From contig NC_043017.1 in assembly GCF_006345805.1 (NCBI RefSeq), positions 33,356,001 to 33,420,000 of the forward strand: 64,000 nucleotides of DNA. The letters run 5' to 3'. The stretch comes from Octopus sinensis. Its lineage: Eukaryota. The position numbers and the translations under genes were made by a program. Below the pieces are notes generated by a model. The model was not told the DNA's origin. It saw only the letters and a list, made by a program, of their open reading frames with translations, and did no database searches. Positions 53,539-64,000 of this stretch are shown here, in pieces; position 1 is the stretch's first letter, and each line of letters opens with the position of its first letter.

Positions 53539-54460
53539 GTTTCTTTATTAGCCACACAGGGCTGCACACAGATAGAACAAATTACAAGGTAGAGCTTTTC
53601 TTTTGAAGGTTTAAAAAAAAAAAAAAAAGGAAGGGGGAGTTTCGATCAAAAGGGATCGTAAAAGGAGAGAAAGAGGACAAAAAAAAGGGGGGTTAAAAAA
53701 AAAAAAAAAAAAAAAAAGGGGGGAGAGGAAAAAAAATTGATCAATAGGGATCGTTATCACAGAAATGTCAATATGAAGTGTAAAGGGGAGGACAGGTGAG
53801 GTTTACCCGTGGAAAGAAAAGCCTACGGAAAAGACCACGGTAACCTCGGTCAATGAAGTCACATTTTATATTTCTTTTTTTTTTTTTTTTTTTTTTTTGC
53901 AAATAAGCAACTCTCTGTTTTCGATTTCTGGGTTCATAGGACTATGCTCAAGGTGGCTTCGTCATTCATACGTGCCATTCTTGCTACATTCACCCATCTT
54001 TTTTTAAAACATTCGCTAGACAAAACTTGCCTCTCTACTCTCACTTTCCTTTTCAAGTGGTACTTGAAGAAGTGATGAGAGATTGACCAGAGAGGAAAGT
54101 GTTTGTCTCCAATCCTTTCAGACGCGTCCACCAGATACATTCTTTCGCCATAGCCACAAGGATGATGAAAATAGCTCTTCCTTCCCGTTTGAAGGAAGGA
54201 GGCGTGACAATATTGACGATAGACTCAGCTGATAAACCGACTCGTCCCACACGTGACAGCAGTTGTTCGACATAAGCCCACAGGTCGGAAATTGTTGGAC
54301 ACTGAACGAGTGCGTGCAGAACGGTTTCGTCGCTCTGACCGCATCTCGGGCAGGTCGGCCCCGTGTTTCTCGAGCCGTGTCTGTAGAGCTTATCCCGAAC
54401 GGGTAGCGCTTCTCGGTAGCACTGCCAGGCCAGGGATCTCTGGAAGTTGTCCATGGGCCC
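53539..54460 (-). mobile_element. 5'-truncated copy of a related Tx1 subfamily
   Basis: ORF 54053-54487 (CPRCGQSDETVLHALVQC...WWTRLKGL) is homologous to the ORF2 C-terminus of the long copy. It has the same 3' terminus (CCCTGTGTGGCT-AATAAA) and (TATC)n on both sides. Confidence 0.9.
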
Positions 54461-54487
54461 TAGATAGATAGATAGATAGATAGACAA

Positions 54488-54574
<87 letters not shown>
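54461..54574 (+). repeat. (GATA)n array at the 5' junction of the truncated Tx1
   Basis: Read directly; no LINE 3' UTR or AATAAA follows it. Confidence 0.98.
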
Positions 54575-54923
54575 TACTCACGCACATACACATAAGCACA
54601 CAAACACACATATACGGTAATGTATAACTGCAATGTATGCACACAAACATACCTAAATATAGGTCCTCATACTGAGAGAAATACACATGAGGAATAAACA
54701 CATCTACAAATATGTATATACATTTTCTGACCCCTATTCCATGTTAGAATGTGTTGGACAAGATTTGTGAAATTTTTACATTGCATCATTAACTTTCTCA
54801 CAAAGTAGGGGTTTACTTTTTATTAGTGATTACGAAAGAAACAAAGAAACCTCTCTGTTGCTCAGCCTACAAGAAATAACAGCTAAGTTTCCTTCAAATT
54901 AAGACTTATAAGTTTAAATGTAT

Positions 54924-55335
54924 ATAGGCACAGGAGTGGCTGTGTGGTAAGTAGCTTGTTTACTAACCTCATGGTTCCGGGTTCAGTCCCACTGCGTGGC
55001 ACCTTGGGCAAGTGTCTTCTGCTATAGCCTCGGGTCAACCAAAGCCTTGTGAGTGGATTTGGTAGACGGAAACTGAAAGAAGCCCGTCGTATATATGTAT
55101 ATATATGTATATATGTGTGTGCGTGTATGTTTGTGTTTGTCCCCCCTAGCATTGCTTGACAACCGATGCTGGTGTGTTTATGTCCCCGTCACTTAGCGGT
55201 TCGGCAAAAGAGACCGATAGAATAAGTACTGGGCTTACAAAAGAATAAGTCCCAGGGTCGAGTTGCTCGATTAAAGGTGGTGCTCCAGCATGGCCGCAGT
55301 CAAATGACTGAAACAAGTAAAAGAGTAAAAGAGTA
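54924..55335 (+). mobile_element. SINE family A
   Basis: Full copy. Confidence 0.88.
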
Positions 55336-55553
55336 TGTGCCCCCAAAAAGTACGTAGGATATTCGTTGCTGCAGCATATTCCATTTATAGAGCAGCACCA
55401 AGAGGGGGTGACCCGAAACTAATCAACAATTCTATGAAGAACATCATATGGTAGTAGAAAAGGCATAACAGAATGGTATAGAATGCCTTTTAGCATTTGC
55501 TTTTGCCACTTTGTGTATCGATTTAAAAATTTTACTGATGTCTCTCTGTGTAT

Positions 55554-55589
<36 letters not shown>

Positions 55590-56689
55590 ACCTGCATGCA
55601 GACACAAACCACATACACATAAACACACACTCTAACCAAGCAATTTATTGGAGTAACTCTAACATTTCATGACATGACCTCTCCTGCCTGAAGGGGAATG
55701 CTGACAGATGAACAATTTTGAATACTTCGGTGGTACTTAATTTGTTTCTAACTTTGCTAAAGTTATATTTAACTGAATTACTTAGAAAAAAAATAAATTA
55801 CCACAAAGTAAGTACGTTCTCATACATATGAAGGTATTCTGTTAATTCCAACTTTCAGATTGCAAGCCACCTCCAGGAACAACATTACCATGAAGAATTC
55901 CTTCTAATACTCCCTTCTTTATTTCCCACTTTCCTTTTCTCCATTTTTCCTTTTTCTTCAAAACACCCACCCCTATACTTTCTCCTTTCGTCACAATTCC
56001 TTCCTAATTTCCTTACTTGTTTTCCCCCTTTTTATTTATTTTATTTATTTTTCCCCCTTTTTTATTTATTTATTTTCCCCCTTTTTTTGCTACTGTCTCA
56101 TCAAATTCTCCCTTTAACAAGCTTTTTCTTCGATGGAACATTATTTTATAGCCTTCAGCCTGATTTCTTTCTATTGTTGTCTTCTCTGTAGATTTAAGCA
56201 CAGACTGAATGATATAGTAATTTGATTACTGTTGTGACATTTTTAAATCGCATTAATCTACTTAGCACAGGAGGAGTGGTTCTATCTAAGGAATTCACAG
56301 AACTGCAATTCCTGTGCCGTATATTTCTTCTCTAAAATAAAAGGAGCATGATCTCATATTTTCTCAGCACATTTCATCTCATACCAGATGAAATATCCTG
56401 TCTTCAATAGGTTGTTACGTAGGCAAGCTGGTGAAATGTAAATATTTTTTTCAGAAATTCAAATTCTTCTGGCATAAAACTAGTGGTAGCCTGTGTGTAA
56501 ATAATTTGGTGTAGTTTTTTCAATACTTGTAGAATTATCTAATACAATGCACATGCAGATATTATAATGCATACACATGTATATTAATGTTTTTATGTTT
56601 CGTAAATTTTGCAATAAGTAACAAAGACTTTTGGCCAATTACTGTGCTTGAGAACACATCGAGCTAAGTGAATTTGTGGTTATGATCAG

Positions 56690-57017
56690 TGCCAGTGACA
56701 TGTAAAAGGGAACCTGTGCATGTGACATATAGAAGGTACCTGTGCTAGTGACACATAAAAAGCATGCCAGTGACATGTAAAAGGCACCTGTGCCAGTGAC
56801 ACATAATAGGCACGGATGCCTCTGACATATAAAAGGGCACCCATGCTGGTGACACATAAAAGACACCAAGCACACTCGATAAAGTGACTGGCGTTATGAA
56901 GGGTATCCAGCTGTAGAAACCAAGCCAAGACAGACGTATGAAGCTTGGTGCAACTCTCCAGCTTACCAGCTCTGGTCAAACCATCTAACCCATGCCAGCA
57001 TAGAAAACATATATTAG
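56690..57017 (+). mobile_element. SINE family D 3' part with a ~25-bp minisatellite
   Basis: GTGCCAGTGACACATAAAAGGCACC-like units, GGCGTTATGAAGGGTATCCAGC motif, CCATGCCAGCATAGAAAAC tail; a related copy lies at 60605-60880. Confidence 0.65.
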
Positions 57018-57242
57018 ATGATGGTGGTGGTGGTGATCGTCGTGGTGGTGGTTGTGGTGGTGGTGGCGGTTGTGGTGGTGTTGGTGGTCGTGGTGGTCGT
57101 GGTGGTGGTCGTGGTGGTGGTCGTGCTGGTCGTGCTGGTGGTGGTGGTGGTCGTCGTCGTGCTGGTGGTGGTCGTGGTGGTCGTGGTGGTCGTGGTCGTG
57201 GTCGTGGTGGTTGTCGTCGTCGTGGTGGTGGTCGTGGTCGTG

Positions 57243-57283
<41 letters not shown>

Positions 57284-57420
57284 GGTTGTCGTCGTCGTCG
57301 TGGTGGTCGTGGTCGTGGTCGTGGTCGTGGTGGTTGTCGTCGTCGTCGTCGTGGTCGTGGTCGTGGTCGTGGTGGTGGTCGTGGTGGTGGTGGTGGTCGT
57401 CGTCGTCGTGGTGGTGATAA
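57018..57420 (+). repeat. Mosaic (GGT/CGT)n trinucleotide array
   Basis: Read directly; continues the GAT tail of the SINE D copy. Confidence 0.95.
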
Positions 57421-58270
57421 TGTTAATGTAAAGTTATGCAGACAGAAATTGTAGAACACGAGGTAGAGAATCCTTCAATGCATTTAAGTAGAGTATCATT
57501 ATAGATGTTATATTTTCACAAGAAAATGTTTAACAGAGACTTTGGTGTTTTGGTTTGGTCACGTTCATCAGATTATAAAATACTTTTGATATTTCACATC
57601 TTATATCTGCTCTTTGATTCCTCTGCTGAGGGGAACAATCTGGTTGTTAAATAGTTTTGAGAAACAAGTGTAATTTTATGGCATATATCAGAAATATTTT
57701 TATTGTAGATTAATTGGGAAATAATATAAAGAAGAAGAAAATAGCACGTTAGAGAGGAGAGACGAAGAGAACAAGCAAAAGAAGAAGAAAAGGAGGAGGA
57801 GATAAATGGTCAAGGTGTTGGTGATAGAAAGGAATGGGATAGCAAAGCATTGCACTTGAAGGACAGGTAGTCTTAGCTTTGCTTGATATAGCTATTCGGT
57901 TTTGGCTTCAAGTAGTTCTAATTAAAGTAAGATATTGGCTGTTGGTTTTTGCTATTGTTTCCAAGCAAGTAAACTTATCAGATTTAATAGTTTTGTGTTG
58001 AAAGGTAGGTTTAAGAACATCTTCAGAGTAAAAAAGTTCTGTTTAAGAACTAGATTTGTAGACAATGAATTGTGTTACTGTTTATTTGTATAAAGTTTTC
58101 ATCACGACAGCTGGTGTGGTGTATAACTAGAAGTGTAGTAGACAGAAGATAAACAATACAGATAGAATTGTATTATTAATAATTTCATACACAAACTCAC
58201 AAGTTATACATACATCTCACTACATATATATATATAATCATACACACACACACAGTTTAGTTTTTCCTTG

Positions 58271-60001
<1,731 letters not shown>

Positions 60002-60321
60002 ATATATATATATATACAGAATTCGCCAGAATTACACAGCGAACACCACCCATGGGTCATCACAATTGCTCAAGGTAAAAATGAATTCCTCGCTCTTTCG
60101 GGAACATCAATCTTCTGTATTGTCTGCTTTCCACCACTTTGATCTGTTTTTTATATTGAATACGTATCGCCACCGTGGGCCACTACATCGAACACTTTGA
60201 ACATATAGCATGAATGAACTTACTTCAAACTATATATGAATTTTAAGATGTCTGACTCCGTTGTGTATTGTAAATGAATTTCTTGTGTTTGACGGCATGA
60301 GCTGTCTTTTTTTATATATAA

Positions 60322-60368
60322 CTTTTTTTGATAAGGTTCATTTCAGGAACCGAAACATGTTATAATGT
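60322..60368 (+). ncRNA. Minimal hammerhead-like motif with U3-A8 covariation
   Basis: TTGATAA-GGTTC(ATTTCAG)GAACC-GAA-ACATGT-T; stem I partly decayed. Confidence 0.42.
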
Positions 60369-60423
60369 ATATATAAAAATAAAAAAACTGTATAATATAG
60401 CAGCATTTCGAACTTCATTTTTT

Positions 60424-60454
<31 letters not shown>

Positions 60455-60930
60455 ACTAAACTTCAACACGTAAATACTTACACACAAATATCCACATAGA
60501 CATATATTCATGTGTACATATATGCACACACAGATACCTAAATATAGGTCCTCATACTGAGAGAAATACACATGAGGAATAAACACATCTACAAACTGTA
60601 TGTCCTGTGCCAGCGGCACATAAAATGAACCCATGCCGGAGATGCATACAAGGCACTTGTGCTGGTGACACACAAGAGGCACCCATGCCGGGGTCACATA
60701 AAAGGCACCCATGTCAGTGACTTGTAAAAGACACCCAGTACACTCTATGGAGTGATTGGGGTTAGGAAGGACATCCAGCCATAGAAACGAGGCCAAATTA
60801 GAGACTGGAACCTCAGGTTGCTCTCCAGCATACCAGTTCCACTCAAACCATATTACCCATGCCACTATGGAAAACAGACACTAAATGGCAATGATGGCAC
60901 ATACACTTATATAAATATATGTGTATATAT

Positions 60931-61152
60931 CACAGATAATCGGTGGACCCGCACAGTTGTCAAGTGGTACCCACACGAGCAGAAACGATCACTTGGAAGG
61001 CCTCCACGACGGTGGAGTTATGATTTCAGGAGGGCAATTGGGATCATGTGGATGAGGAAGGCACGATCCAGAGGGGAGTGGACAGCATGATGTGACCAGC
61101 AGTGTCAAATGGATGCCCGACGGACTGGTCAGACAAGGTGATCAAGGTGATA
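60931..61152 (+). mobile_element. 3' fragment of an RTE-clade LINE
   Basis: TDNRWTRTVVKWYPHEQKRSLGRPPRRWSYDF is a typical RTE C-terminus; the tail is (CAAGGTGAT)2. Confidence 0.72.
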
Positions 61153-61236
61153 TCTAGATACATATGTATAGATGCAAACCTATGCATATATGTACATATA
61201 GATGTACACACTTATAATCTGACACCAATGTGCATA

Positions 61237-61475
61237 CTCTCTTTACTCTTTTACTTGTTTCAGTCATTTGACTGCAGCCATGCTGGAGCACCGCCTTTAA
61301 TCGAGCAAATCGACCCCGGGACTTATTCTTTTGTAAGCCCAGTACTTATCACTCACAAGGCTTTGGTCGGTCCGAGGCTATAGTAGAAGACACTTGCCCA
61401 AGGTGCCACGCAGTGGGACTGAACCCGGAACCATGTGGTTGTTAAACAAGCTACTTACCACACAGCCACTCCTGC
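61237..61475 (-). mobile_element. SINE family A with a central deletion
   Basis: Tail joined to the head region at about 61350; the microsatellite segment is lost. Confidence 0.8.
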
Positions 61476-61656
61476 ATGTGTAATAATGTGAAAGATTTCA
61501 AAAACATGATTTCATTGTTGTTTTTCTTTAGCATCTCTCAAATCTGGTCGAGTAATCCTGAGTAATGTTAGTCATAATTATTGCATATTACGAGTAATAC
61601 TAAAAGACTAAATTGTGCAATGTACTGTTCTGCTTTTTAATATGAGAGGACATAAT

Positions 61657-62215
61657 CCACCTATCTATCTGCTCAGTCGAAGTCGACTCTCGGTTACTCC
61701 ATGGATCAGTGTCCTCCAGTCAGTTCTATCTTGGGCCGCTTCTTTCAGAATCTTTCAGATTGGCTATGTCCATTCCGGTATGACTTTTGATGGTGTCAAG
61801 CCAGCGGGTTCTTGGTCGGCCTCTTCCTCTCTTGCCACTGACTATTCCGAGCATGCTGTTCTTCTCCAGGGATTCTCTCCGCATAATATGACCGAAATAT
61901 GCCAATCTATGCTTGGTGATCCTAGCTTCTAGCGACAGTTTTGGCCCTATCTGCTTAAGAACTTCTCCATTGGTGAGCCTTGCTGTCCATGGAATCCGTA
62001 AAAGTCTTCTCCAACACCAAATCTCGAATGCATTAATTTTCTTCTGGTCAGTTTTCTTTAGTGTCCAGGTCTTGCATCCATATGTTGCTATTGGGAAGAC
62101 AATTGCATTCACCAATCTGCATTTGGTAGTGAGTCTGATGTCTCTACTCTTCCAGACCCTGCTCATGCTGACCATTGTTCCTCTCTGCCTAGTACTATCC
62201 GCCGTCTTATTTCTG
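61657..62215 (-). mobile_element. 5'-truncated RTE (BovB-like) LINE
   Basis: ORF 61726-62223 (VFPIATYGCKTWTL..NAFEIWCWRRLLRIPW..YFGHIMRR..GKRGRGRPRTRWLD); short (AGAT) tail; 11-bp TSD GAGGACATAAT (61646-61656 and 62216-62226). Confidence 0.88.
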
Positions 62216-63071
62216 GAGGACATAATAATGGTGGATATTTAGCCACTACAAGAATCGAGTGAGGAAATTTGTTACAGAGTCAAGAGAACCAACCATTACT
62301 CTACTTTGGCAGCATCATCTGTATTTTAGCTGAATGTATGTTAGTCAGGAATAATTAAGGTAAAGTTATCTTGTTGATATCTTTATATGACGACCAGAAG
62401 CAACACAGAAATTGAATAACATTAAAATTTAAAAAAACATCAAAAATAAAAATGAAACACTGAAATTAACTTATACAAAAAGAAAATGAGATTTCAAATT
62501 TCCTTACATTTTACTAATTTACTGGGTTTCATCTTGTTTCTTTCTTACAAATTCCTCTTGTTTTAGTATTTTTGGACATTTCCTTTTTATATCTGGTGTG
62601 TGGGATGGTGGGTATTCAGCAGAAAAGAAAGACAGATGCTAAAACAACAACAACAACAAAAATTAATGAAGAAACACACAAATGAACCAATCAAAAGAGA
62701 TTGATTTTTGAAAAGTAAAAGAATTATAAAAAGAAAATGTTCAATGGAGAAAAAGCAGAATATACAGTTTGAAATATAAATAAATATGAGAAATGTTGCA
62801 TAAATACCCAGTAGGGATAAATGGAAGTGTGAGTGTTTAGATGTGGTAGGAAATTGAGCTAATGAATATGCCTGAACAAATTAATTAAAAATACTTAATC
62901 ATCTTAGTGTGTGCATCCTTTTCCTCAGATTCACACCGGTGGTTAGAGGCATATATTATGCCTGACTAGAAACATAATTATTAAAACTTGGTTTTAAAGT
63001 CTATATTTATAAGATTATTTATATATGTGGTGGGGTGCGTAAGTATGTGTTCATACATAGATGCATATATA

Positions 63072-63129
<58 letters not shown>

Positions 63130-63136
63130 TAGATAA

Positions 63137-63167
<31 letters not shown>

Positions 63168-63180
63168 TAGAAATATATAC

Positions 63181-63238
<58 letters not shown>

Positions 63239-63257
63239 GTAGATATTTCTATATCTA

Positions 63258-63294
<37 letters not shown>

Positions 63295-64000
63295 TTGCAT
63301 GCACATAACTGCATAATTGGTTTATATTAATCTGAAGCCCTTTAGCAGAGGAGAAGAAATTTAGTTGTCTCAATCGTCTATTATAAACTTCTTACAAGAC
63401 ACATATATGTACGCATTTACAAATATACACACAGAAATACATATATACATATAATACATGCAACACAAAACACAAATACACACACACACATACATACATA
63501 AACTTAAATGTTTTAAAGTACACCCATATTTACTGAGAGAAATGAATTCATTGACACATTTAATGACAACTATTTATATGGACAATCTACTGCAGAAGTT
63601 CTTCTCATAGAGAAATTTACCGTATTATGACCAAACTTTGTATTCTTAAAATTGTTATTTCTATTTCATCTACCTTGAAGGCTTCCAGTCCTAATTTATT
63701 TCCGCATTTTTATTTATTATTGATATTGATTTATCGAAAACTTAATTTCTTTTCAGATGTGAGCATAATAGTGATGTAGTTAGTGGTTGGATAAGATTAG
63801 AAATTTTATTTAACTTTAAGCAAATATGTAATTTTCAATTTTCAGAATGTTATTTTATTATATCTCATTTTGCCAGGTGCTCTTTGGTGCTGTATTACAT
63901 GGTTGGCAAACATGACTACGGCCCAGATTTAGATGATTCAATTATCTTGCTAATACCCCTGAGAAAGGCATAACATTCAAAATTCCTGTTACCCATCCCC

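Noticed and set aside
56686-57459. 257-aa Pro/Arg-rich ORF and the overlapping poly-Val, Trp/Ser and Gly/Arg ORFs
   Set aside because: Stop-free only because of the triplet repeat.
63878-64000. Acceptor-like TTTTGCCAG followed by GC-richer sequence
   Set aside because: All three frames stop within the window.

Overview
Eukaryotic, AT-rich, repeat-dominated DNA. The SINE repertoire suggests an octopus or related coleoid cephalopod (inference). No host gene can be supported; the window is intergenic or intronic. The main element is a near full-length, frameshifted Tx1-clade (L1 group) non-LTR retrotransposon at 47291-53176 (-), with a gag-like CCHC ORF1 and an APE-RT-zinc finger ORF2. A 5'-truncated relative follows in tandem (53539-54460), and every junction of the two copies lies in (GATA)n, suggesting a GATA-microsatellite-targeted LINE. 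The 3' end of this LINE matches the 3' end of one of the abundant tRNA-derived SINE families. Also present: a decayed intron-containing Helitron Rep gene, two non-autonomous Helitrons with intact termini, and a cluster of Merlin-like MITEs carrying TTAGGG repeats with 8-9 bp TSDs. There are also mariner and RTE remnants, four SINE families, and several minimal type I hammerhead ribozyme motifs near (TA)n tracts, one with a perfect core (4550-4631). All alignments were made by eye, with no database search.
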